From NCBI GenBank assembly GCA_964492835.1, contig CAZBLC010000002.1:7375-71374 (forward strand): 64,000 nucleotides of DNA. Reading direction: 5' to 3'. Each line of letters opens with the position of its first letter. Position 1 is the stretch's first letter. A program made the position numbers and the translations under genes. Shown here piece by piece: positions 55,881 to 64,000 of the stretch. The stretch comes from an uncultured Candidatus Saccharibacteria bacterium (GTDB lineage: Bacteria > Patescibacteriota > Minisyncoccia > Phycocordibacterales > PALSA-1337). The notes beneath the pieces were generated by a model. That model did not search any database. It worked only from the letters and a program-made list of their open reading frames with translations, and was not told the DNA's origin.

Positions 55881-57839
55881 ATGTCATCAAATGTTGCAAA
55901 TTTAGATTTAAATCAAAGACAGAGAGAAGCTGTCGAAACTACCGAGGGACCAGTATTAATAATTGCAGGTGCAGGTGCTGGAAAGACAAAAACAATCACA
56001 CATAGAATACTTAATTTAATTAAAAATGGTGTTAAGCCATCAGAAATACTTGCCATTACCTTTACCAACAAGGCAGCTAAGGAAATGCGGGAGAGAGTAT
56101 TTCATTTAATAGAGCAGGACAAGACATTAAACATCCCAATATCATTCAATGAGAGACCCTTCGTAAGTACATTCCATGCACTTGGGGTACACATAATCAA
56201 AGAGAATGCATCTCTGTTGGGTATAACAAGACACTTCACAATATATGACAGGGGTGATTCAAAGAGAGCAGTTAAGGATGCTTTAGAGGAAATGGGGATG
56301 GATATTAAGCAATATGAGCCTGGGATAATACTAAATACCATATCTAGAGAGAAGGGAGATGGGGTAACAGTAGCAAAGTATAGATCAAATCATACTAGCG
56401 ACTACTTTAAAAAGGTAGTTGGGCAAGCTTGGGAGAAATATGAGGAGACCCTACTTAAAGAGAAGTCTTTAGACTTTGATGATCTGCTATTAAAAACCGC
56501 CAGCCTACTTAAGACATATCCTGAAGTTAAAAAGCATTACAGCAAGGTATGGAAATACATACACATAGACGAGTATCAGGATACAAACAGAGTACAATAT
56601 GAGATTGCATCATTACTAGCTGAAGAAAATCGTAATATATGCGTCGTGGGTGATATCGATCAAAACATATATAGCTGGAGAGGGGCAGACATTGCTAATA
56701 TGATGAACTTTGAGAAGGAATATCCTGAAACAAAGATAATTACCCTAGAGGAAAACTATAGATCAACACAAACAATACTTGCGGTTGCTAATAACGTAAT
56801 TAAGAAGAATGTACTTAGACCCGAAAAGAACTTGTTCACAAAGAACATAGAGGGGGAGAAGGTAGAATTACTAATATCATATACAGAACAAGAAGAGGCT
56901 CGTATGATAGCTGATGAAGCCAACAAACTCATTAAAAATGGTAATAACCCTAGAGAATTAGCCGTACTGTACCGTGCCAACTTCCAGTCTAGAGTACTAG
57001 AAGAAGCATTTCTAAAGAAAAATATTCCATATCAAGTGTTGGGAGTAAAATTCTTTGAGAGAAAGGAAGTGAAGGATGTATTGTCATTTATAAAGGCAAG
57101 TATGAATAGGGATAGTACGAATGATCTAGTAAGAGTAGTTAACGTTCCACCTAGAGGTATTGGTAAGGCAACGATAATGAAGGTAATAACTGGACAAGTA
57201 GATACACTGGGACCGAGCCTGAGAAATAAGGTGGATCAATTCACTAGCCTACTGGAGAGAATTAAAGCTGTAGCACTTAAAGAAAGTCCTTCTACCCTTA
57301 TAAAATTTATCATAACTGAATCTGGGATAGAAAGTGTATACAAGAACGGTAGTATGGAGGAGCAAGAGAAATTAGAGAACTTAAGAGAGCTAGTATCAGT
57401 TGCTAGTCAGTATGACTCTTTACCACCAGGGGAGGCTATAGAGAAGCTTCTTGAAAATGCTGCACTCGCAACAGATCAAGATGAGATGGAAAAGGATAAT
57501 AATGCAGTTAAACTAATGACTGTGCATGCATCTAAGGGTCTAGAATTTGATTATGTATTCATTGCTGGTATGGAGGAAGACCTATTCCCACACCAAAGGA
57601 TGAATGAAGAGAAAATAAGCCAATCACAAGCAGAGGAGGAGAGAAGACTCTTCTATGTAGCCCTAACTAGAGCAAGGAAGAAGATATACCTAAGCTATAC
57701 ACAACTAAGAACAATATTCGGTGCACAGAAAGTTAATACTCCATCAAGCTTCATAAGTGATATAGGGGATGAGCATATTACCTCCGTAGGGGATACTGAG
57801 GCTCCAAGAGGAATTAAGGCAATATTCATAGATTTCTGA
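55881..57839 (+). CDS. pcrA: UvrD/PcrA helicase
   Basis: AGAGAGKT, TFTNKAA, DEYQD, NYRS, HASKGLEF, EERRLFYVALTRA. Confidence 0.96.
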   Translation: MSSNVANLDLNQRQREAVETTEGPVLIIAGAGAGKTKTITHRILNLIKNGVKPSEILAITFTNKAAKEMRERVFHLIEQDKTLNIPISFNERPFVSTFHALGVHIIKENASLLGITRHFTIYDRGDSKRAVKDALEEMGMDIKQYEPGIILNTISREKGDGVTVAKYRSNHTSDYFKKVVGQAWEKYEETLLKEKSLDFDDLLLKTASLLKTYPEVKKHYSKVWKYIHIDEYQDTNRVQYEIASLLAEENRNICVVGDIDQNIYSWRGADIANMMNFEKEYPETKIITLEENYRSTQTILAVANNVIKKNVLRPEKNLFTKNIEGEKVELLISYTEQEEARMIADEANKLIKNGNNPRELAVLYRANFQSRVLEEAFLKKNIPYQVLGVKFFERKEVKDVLSFIKASMNRDSTNDLVRVVNVPPRGIGKATIMKVITGQVDTLGPSLRNKVDQFTSLLERIKAVALKESPSTLIKFIITESGIESVYKNGSMEEQEKLENLRELVSVASQYDSLPPGEAIEKLLENAALATDQDEMEKDNNAVKLMTVHASKGLEFDYVFIAGMEEDLFPHQRMNEEKISQSQAEEERRLFYVALTRARKKIYLSYTQLRTIFGAQKVNTPSSFISDIGDEHITSVGDTEAPRGIKAIFIDF

Positions 57840-57856
57840 TATGCTAAAGCCAATAT

Positions 57857-58645
57857 ATGACTTTTGTAGCTAAAAAATCACTAGGACAAAATTTTCTACA
57901 TGCACCAAATGTAGTTTCTGCCATGGTACACGCTGGAGGGGTTACAAAAGATAGCTTTGTACTAGAAGTAGGGCCAGGTAAAGGGGTATTAACACAAAAG
58001 CTAGTTGAAACTGGAGCAAGAGTCACTGTAGTAGAGAAAGATGATAGGGCAATACCGTTTTTGAATGAAAAGTTTGTAAATGAGGTAAAAAGTGGTCAAT
58101 TAGAGATCATACATGCTGATATTCTAGAGTTTAACGAACAAAATCTACCAAAAAGCTATATATTACTAGCTAATTTACCATATTACATAACTGGAGAGTT
58201 CCTTAGAAAGTTCCTGGAAACACCAAATCCAGCTCAAAAAATGGTCATTATGCTACAGAAGGAGGTGGCCAAGAGAATTGTTGATGAAAAAGAAAGTATC
58301 CTATCAATATCTGTAAAAGCCTATGGAAATGCTAAATATATTACTACTGTACCAAGAAAATTCTTTAGACCAATACCAAATGTAGATTCAGCGGTAATAT
58401 CTATTGAAAATATATCAAAAAACTTCTTTGTTGAATCAGAAATTGATGAGAAATACTTTTTTGAAGTACTAAAAGCTGGTTTTGCACACAAAAGGAAGGT
58501 AGTTATAAGAAATCTGGAGGATAAAATTGATAAAAATACGCTAAATACACTATGGGAAAGGGAAGCTTGGTCAAAGGATCTAAGAGCAGAGAACATAACA
58601 CTAGAAATGTGGAAAAAAATCGTAGGAAATAGTTGTATCTCTTGA
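57857..58645 (+). CDS. rsmA: 16S rRNA dimethyladenosine transferase
   Basis: KSLGQNFL, EVGPGKG, ANLPYYI, QKEVA. Confidence 0.97.
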   Translation: MTFVAKKSLGQNFLHAPNVVSAMVHAGGVTKDSFVLEVGPGKGVLTQKLVETGARVTVVEKDDRAIPFLNEKFVNEVKSGQLEIIHADILEFNEQNLPKSYILLANLPYYITGEFLRKFLETPNPAQKMVIMLQKEVAKRIVDEKESILSISVKAYGNAKYITTVPRKFFRPIPNVDSAVISIENISKNFFVESEIDEKYFFEVLKAGFAHKRKVVIRNLEDKIDKNTLNTLWEREAWSKDLRAENITLEMWKKIVGNSCIS

Positions 58646-58651
58646 TATAAT

Positions 58652-59557
58652 TTGGTGAGTATCGATGATACTACCCATTTGAAAAATAATTGGAAAAATG
58701 TTTTGTTCATTTGTATCGCAATCCTCCTTGTAGTAGGAGCTTTTGTGTATGCGGAAAACAAGAATAACAAAGAGAAAATTGCATATGTTGCAGAAGATGT
58801 AATATCAGCAGATGGGTCAGTTGTTAGTCCACAAGAAGTTGATACTGATGAGGATGGTAGTAAGGATTGGGAAGAAATACTTTTTGGTACAAGCCCAAAT
58901 GATCCAAAAAGTAAGCCTAGTGCCACAAAAGCACCAGTCACTTCTGATGTAACTAAAGATGCACCCGAGAAACTAGAGCCTATAGATATCGTTAGCAGAG
59001 ATTTCTTTGCTAGATATCTAGAACTAAGACAGTTGGGCGCATCGCAAGACAAGGCTAGTCAGGAGGAATTAGCTAAAACTGTTGCTGGCAATATCGTACT
59101 TTCACAACCAGCTAAATATGTAATCAGTGAAATACAAGTTAAGCCTGATAGCGGAAATGCTGCAGTTATAAAATACGGGGAAGAGGTGAGTGCGATCTTT
59201 AAAAAGTATGCAATCAATTCTAGAAATGAGGCAGTGATTGCAAAAGAATCACTAGAAAAAGAAGATACTGATATACTTAAAGAAATTGATCCTAGCATAA
59301 AAAGTTACAAGAATATAATAAATGCTTTGATAAAGGTTAGTGTTCCTCAATCAATGTCTTTAATGCATCTAGATTTAGTTAACGCAATGAACGGAAGTCT
59401 GTTTGTTGCTCAATCTTTTAGAGATTCTGGTACTAATCCAGTAGAAGGGGTACAGGCGCTGTCATACTACCAAGTAGTGGAGAAGAATTTGTATGATGCG
59501 GTTACGGCAATACGAAGCTATTTTAAATACTTAGGAATATATGAAAATATTTTTTAA
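58652..59557 (+). CDS. membrane-anchored protein with Ca-binding-like DxDxDG motif
   Basis: N-terminal TM; DTDEDGSKDWEE..GT.P..P. Confidence 0.8.
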   Translation: MVSIDDTTHLKNNWKNVLFICIAILLVVGAFVYAENKNNKEKIAYVAEDVISADGSVVSPQEVDTDEDGSKDWEEILFGTSPNDPKSKPSATKAPVTSDVTKDAPEKLEPIDIVSRDFFARYLELRQLGASQDKASQEELAKTVAGNIVLSQPAKYVISEIQVKPDSGNAAVIKYGEEVSAIFKKYAINSRNEAVIAKESLEKEDTDILKEIDPSIKSYKNIINALIKVSVPQSMSLMHLDLVNAMNGSLFVAQSFRDSGTNPVEGVQALSYYQVVEKNLYDAVTAIRSYFKYLGIYENIF

Positions 59558-61229
59558 TAAAAATATAATACTAGGATTCATAATACTTACGTTAGTTTTT
59601 TCTGTATTACCTAAAAAAACCAATGCTCTGCTAGGTGTAGGGGATGTTGTTACTGACCCTGGAAACATGGTGCAGACGACGATAACTGCTGCAAACACCA
59701 CTGCATCAGCCTTTTCCCAATACAGTATCCAATTTAAGGAATTCGTACTAGACGGACTGGGTACAATGTTTGTTAAGCAGATAATAAGACAAATTACCAA
59801 CAGTGTTGTTAATTGGATCAACTCTGGATTCGAAGGTAGTCCATCATTCTTACAAAATCCTGGAGGATTCTTTCTTGATGTAGCGGATCAACTTACCGGA
59901 GAGTTCTTGGCTGGGGCAGTGATATGCGACGAAGAAAAGATGCCAGATGGTAGTGTGGTTAAGACTAATTGTAGAGGGGGTGGGCCACTTACAGCACTTT
60001 GTTCACCATTCAGTTTGGATATCAAGATTGCATTGGCTTTTAAATACAGACCTAGAGCACAAACAAGATACAGCTGTACTCTAAGTAAAATAATCGAAAA
60101 CTCTAAAAATGCAGTAGAAAATTCTTCAATTAATGGATTTACAGCAGGTGATTTCAGGCAGGGAGGTTGGCCAGCATTCGTATCACTTACAACAGAACCA
60201 CAAAACAATATTTATGGAGCTTACTTGAGCGCCGAGAGTGATCTATCTTGGAGAGTTGCAAGCGCTCAAGCACAACAAAGAGATGAATTAGGTGCTGGAA
60301 AAGGTTTTCTTTCAATGCGTGACCCTAAGTGTATGAAGCAAGTTGCTGCTGACAAACAGAGAGTCGCTGATCAAAAACTAAAAGTTAAGAACGATCCTTT
60401 TTTGGGTGTTGATGTGGCAACAGTTGAAGGAGGGAATGGTGGACCGGATCAGTTAGTTCCAATTAAAACAAAGTTGGATTGTGACATAGTAACACCTGGC
60501 TCTGTAATAGTTAGTTCATTAGAAAGTAATATTAATGGTCCGCTGCATGAGTTGCAAATCGCTGATGAAATTAATGAGGTAGTTAACGCTCTTTTTGCTC
60601 AGCTTGTTACACAAGTACTACAGAAGGGTCTTAGTAGTGTGAGTAGTGTAAATTCTAGTGGTAGCTCATACCTAGACCAGACAGTAGCTGATCTAAATGC
60701 CGAATCTAATCCACAGATGATAAAGATAAGAGATGAGTTGGTAAAGAACGTAGATGCATACAAGGAAAATACTGAGGAGTACAGAAACAACAGAGAAACA
60801 GCACTTAATGTGATGATTGATATAAGAAGATCATACGACTCTGCTCTAGCTTGCTTTGAACAAAAGCTACAGGATAGTAGTACTAGATATGCATCTGACA
60901 AGCAAACAATAGAAAGAAACATTGCTGAAATTAATGCAACCATAATCAATCAGGTTTCATCTAAAGCAGCAAACCTACTATTACTACTTCAGGAAGCTGA
61001 GGACAGATTGAAGACACTGCAAGATATACAGAATAGAGCAAATACTGCAAGAACATTAAATGATCTAAATATTCCGAGTCAGAGATATTCAGAGCTTCTA
61101 CAGAGTAGGGGACTTACAACAGCGCAAGACGTACAGAAGTCTAAGGCGGACTTAGATACAACAAACACGGAAGCAGCACCATTAAAACAGGATGCAGTTA
61201 GAAAACTACAAACATGCCAAATACTATAA
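59541..61229 (+). CDS. secreted Cys-containing coiled-coil protein, possibly VirB5/TrbJ-like
   Basis: Signal peptide, VTDPGN..QT motif, I.NWINSGF; lies upstream of VirB6-like and PrgI genes. Confidence 0.55.
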   Translation: MKIFFNKNIILGFIILTLVFSVLPKKTNALLGVGDVVTDPGNMVQTTITAANTTASAFSQYSIQFKEFVLDGLGTMFVKQIIRQITNSVVNWINSGFEGSPSFLQNPGGFFLDVADQLTGEFLAGAVICDEEKMPDGSVVKTNCRGGGPLTALCSPFSLDIKIALAFKYRPRAQTRYSCTLSKIIENSKNAVENSSINGFTAGDFRQGGWPAFVSLTTEPQNNIYGAYLSAESDLSWRVASAQAQQRDELGAGKGFLSMRDPKCMKQVAADKQRVADQKLKVKNDPFLGVDVATVEGGNGGPDQLVPIKTKLDCDIVTPGSVIVSSLESNINGPLHELQIADEINEVVNALFAQLVTQVLQKGLSSVSSVNSSGSSYLDQTVADLNAESNPQMIKIRDELVKNVDAYKENTEEYRNNRETALNVMIDIRRSYDSALACFEQKLQDSSTRYASDKQTIERNIAEINATIINQVSSKAANLLLLLQEAEDRLKTLQDIQNRANTARTLNDLNIPSQRYSELLQSRGLTTAQDVQKSKADLDTTNTEAAPLKQDAVRKLQTCQIL

Positions 61230-61233
61230 CTAT

Positions 61234-63018
61234 ATGAAAAAGATACTTTCTACAATTTTTATAGTAACAATAATCCTGAGTCTAGTGGTGGTGCCAGACA
61301 TGTCTTATGCAGCAAATTTTCTGGACGCGCCAATACAGAATGTCGTTCATGGAATTATTTCTTGGGTAATGAATTTTATACTCACCATTGCCTCAGGTTT
61401 GGTAATAGCTAGTGGTCTTCTTCTAAGTGTATCGATTAACATAACAACAAATTTAGGAGTCTATTTTGACAGCATGCCTGTCATGAGAGAAATCTGGTTA
61501 ATTGTAAGAAATATATCTAGTATATTTATAATATTTGCACTTATATATGCATCTATTTCTACAATACTAGATATTGGCAAGAATAACGTTAGGGAACTTG
61601 TAATAAATATAATAAAGGTTGGATTACTAATTAACTTTAGCCTATTTTTTGCAAGGGTTGCGATAGACGCATCCAATTTGGTCTCGTTGCAGTTTTACAG
61701 AGCAATTGCACCACAGTCTGGTCAAACAAAAATAAGTAAGCTTTCATCAGCATATTATGATGGTGGTTTGTCGAATGTGTTTATGAATAGTTTGAAAATT
61801 CAAACAGTATACAATAATAGTAATAGTGGATTTTGGAAAGCTACAGACATCGCGTTCAATATGTCCGTCGCAATGTTTTTCGGAGTTATCATGATGGTTA
61901 CAGCATCTATAAGCTTCCTTGGTGCCTCTATTATGTTTATGGCACGTACCGCAATTCTCTTGTTCTGTATGGCAATGTCTCCGCTATACTTTGCTGCTAT
62001 GATTTTCCCGAATGTAAAAGAGTATTCCGACAAAATCATGAAACAGTTCAAGGCGCAATTACTCTTTATGCCAACATATCTTTTCCTTATGTATATAGCC
62101 TTAAGAGTAATTAGTAGTCCTGGATTTAATTCAGTTTTTGGCGCTGATCCTAATTCTAATTCTACTGCAGGGGAAGGTGCATTCGGAATCACACTTGCTG
62201 GTACAATAATTCAGTATGTAATTGCTCTAGTATTCTTAAATATACCTCTAATAGCAGCTATATCCGCAGGTGGAATGGGGGCTAAATTTGCTGGTGATCT
62301 TACGTCTTCAATGAATGGTTGGCTAAAGAAGCAGCCTGGTAATTTGGCGTCTGGTGCTTGGAGGAATACTGGTAGTAGAGTTGCGAGCCGAGTTGCTAAC
62401 AGTACAGCCATGCAGAGATTTGCAGGTACTAGTTTTGTTGGTCAAGGAATTAGAACAGGATTGACTGGTGTAGCTGGAGAATATAACACTAGACTCAATC
62501 AGAGAATAGCAAACAGAGAAGCTACTTATAATTCGCTAACCGATAGTCAGGCTAGGACAGATTACTCTAGAAGATTAACTGGCTCATTACAAACCAGATC
62601 TGGTCTAGTTTCTATGGCAACTACAGGTAGAGCGGATAGAGTGGGTGCGTCCAGAATACTAACCAGAAGACAAACTGAGATAACAGCAGAAATTAATAGG
62701 ATGCTGGCTAGAAGGAGACAATTGGAGGATATCGTTAGAGGTAATCCAGGAAATAATATCCCGCCTAGAACATTAAGTTATGTTGAGCAACAGGAATATA
62801 ATGATATAGGAACAGCTGCCCAACCAGGAGCAGCCTTAACAAGAGAAAATAACAACCTAGATGATATCAGAAGACAGATGATACAATTCCAAGTCAATAC
62901 TGGTGGACAGATGTCAGGTCACGTAAGAGTTCCTGGTAGAGCACCTATAATCATACCTGGGGTAACGCAAGTAACCGGAGGCGCAACACCTAGCCAGGTT
63001 AATAGAAGAAATTACTAA
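61234..63018 (+). CDS. VirB6/TrbL-like polytopic membrane protein
   Basis: W..VRNI, LLINFSLF...ID.SN, R...L....SP, G-rich cytoplasmic tail. Confidence 0.7.
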   Translation: MKKILSTIFIVTIILSLVVVPDMSYAANFLDAPIQNVVHGIISWVMNFILTIASGLVIASGLLLSVSINITTNLGVYFDSMPVMREIWLIVRNISSIFIIFALIYASISTILDIGKNNVRELVINIIKVGLLINFSLFFARVAIDASNLVSLQFYRAIAPQSGQTKISKLSSAYYDGGLSNVFMNSLKIQTVYNNSNSGFWKATDIAFNMSVAMFFGVIMMVTASISFLGASIMFMARTAILLFCMAMSPLYFAAMIFPNVKEYSDKIMKQFKAQLLFMPTYLFLMYIALRVISSPGFNSVFGADPNSNSTAGEGAFGITLAGTIIQYVIALVFLNIPLIAAISAGGMGAKFAGDLTSSMNGWLKKQPGNLASGAWRNTGSRVASRVANSTAMQRFAGTSFVGQGIRTGLTGVAGEYNTRLNQRIANREATYNSLTDSQARTDYSRRLTGSLQTRSGLVSMATTGRADRVGASRILTRRQTEITAEINRMLARRRQLEDIVRGNPGNNIPPRTLSYVEQQEYNDIGTAAQPGAALTRENNNLDDIRRQMIQFQVNTGGQMSGHVRVPGRAPIIIPGVTQVTGGATPSQVNRRNY

Positions 63019-63027
63019 AATATTTTT

Positions 63028-63666
63028 ATGGATACAATATTAATAGAAAAACAATTAGAAAAAATCCCTGAAATAATTAAAAAGGCTTTCTTTTCTAATT
63101 CAGTTGCAGAAGAAATTGCAAAAATAGGAGAAAATAATGGTCTGCTTTTAGACCAAATCGATGATCTTATAGAGGAAACGGGGTATATGATAATAGGACT
63201 CAAACCATCTGGAGATTTTATAAATATAATCAGTAAAAAACTAAAAATAGAGAGTACTGCGGCACGAAAAATCTCGACTGAAATAAATGATACAGTTCTA
63301 AAAGAGATTCGAAATGAAATAATAAAGCTAAATTCATCAGAGGATATAAAAGATGACTATAAACCTACTTCCACTTCCACCACTCCTCCACCACCCATCA
63401 CTGACCCGGCTCCGATAGAAAAAGCTGGTGAATTTACTATAGAGAAACCTCCTGTAGGCATAACCACAGAACCAGTTGTTGTTAAGAAGGATGAGGTGCT
63501 GAAAGCAATAGAAGATCCTGAGGAATTACTTGAAGCTCCTAGTATAGATCATATGTTAACTACTCCTGTTGTATCAACAGAGAAGGTGGTGGAGGTAAAG
63601 AAGGTTGATGTAGCACCAGTAGAAAAGAAACCGTACACACTAGATCCATATAGAGAACAAATATAA
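63028..63666 (+). CDS. hypothetical protein with C-terminal DPYRE motif
   Basis: 212 aa, P/T-rich linker, DPYREQI end. Confidence 0.75.
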   Translation: MDTILIEKQLEKIPEIIKKAFFSNSVAEEIAKIGENNGLLLDQIDDLIEETGYMIIGLKPSGDFINIISKKLKIESTAARKISTEINDTVLKEIRNEIIKLNSSEDIKDDYKPTSTSTTPPPPITDPAPIEKAGEFTIEKPPVGITTEPVVVKKDEVLKAIEDPEELLEAPSIDHMLTTPVVSTEKVVEVKKVDVAPVEKKPYTLDPYREQI

Positions 63667-63681
63667 TGATATAATAAATGC

Positions 63682-64000
63682 ATGAGATACCAAGTTCCAC
63701 AGTTCATTGAAGTAGAAGACAAGATCTTTGGATCACTAACTCTAAAGCAATTTATATATCTTGCTGGTGGGGCAGGGCTATCATTCGCTATATATCGTTT
63801 TCTACCATCTATAATATACTCATTCATACCAATAGTAGTCGTAGTAGCTTTTTCAGCTGCACTAGCATTCTACAAGATAAACAACAAGCCATTCATATTC
63901 GTAGTAGAAGCTGCGTATAAGTACTACACATCTGCGAAGCTCTTCATCTGGAAGAAGGTTCCAAGTAAAAAGACTGATAACCCAGTACAAGAAGCAAAGG
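63682..64000 (+). CDS. PrgI-family (VirB3-like) protein, partial at right edge
   Basis: Not in ORF track. MRYQVPQFIEVEDKIFGSLTLKQFIYL plus 2 TM; frame open to the end. Confidence 0.85.
   Translation, partial: MRYQVPQFIEVEDKIFGSLTLKQFIYLAGGAGLSFAIYRFLPSIIYSFIPIVVVVAFSAALAFYKINNKPFIFVVEAAYKYYTSAKLFIWKKVPSKKTDNPVQEAK

Overview
AT-rich chromosomal window that looks like a Patescibacteria (CPR, Parcubacteria-like) genome read with genetic code 11. Housekeeping content: a split str operon (rpsL, rpsG, fusA), rpmB, a two-gene ComEC with an SOD gene between the halves, rnhA, recJ, pgk/tpiA, a type IV pilus cluster, nusA, tig, clpP, rny, HU, four tRNAs, a CCA-adding enzyme, xth, a Xer recombinase, rpsO, pcrA, rsmA and the start of a PrgI/VirB6-like (T4SS-type) cluster. 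The top finding lies between rpsG and fusA. An ORF6N-domain gene has its variable motif (LRLQIAISK) encoded by a perfect DNA palindrome, and about 600 bp away sits a tandem array of five different 25-bp palindromes of the same TTG-N6-CA-N3-TG-N6-CAA design. Each unit reads as an alternative version of that motif on both strands, suggesting a cassette/diversification or operator-array system. Other candidates: a cas-less GC-rich islet with Csx20-like and NrN-like proteins; a PRMT-like plus SET methyltransferase pair between two orphan sensor kinases; a promoter-to-terminator ~330-nt structured ncRNA; parS-like sites inside the cca gene; HTH-LAGLIDADG-like genes abutting tRNAs; and widespread leaderless promoters. 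All family assignments come from recognising motifs by eye, not from database searches.
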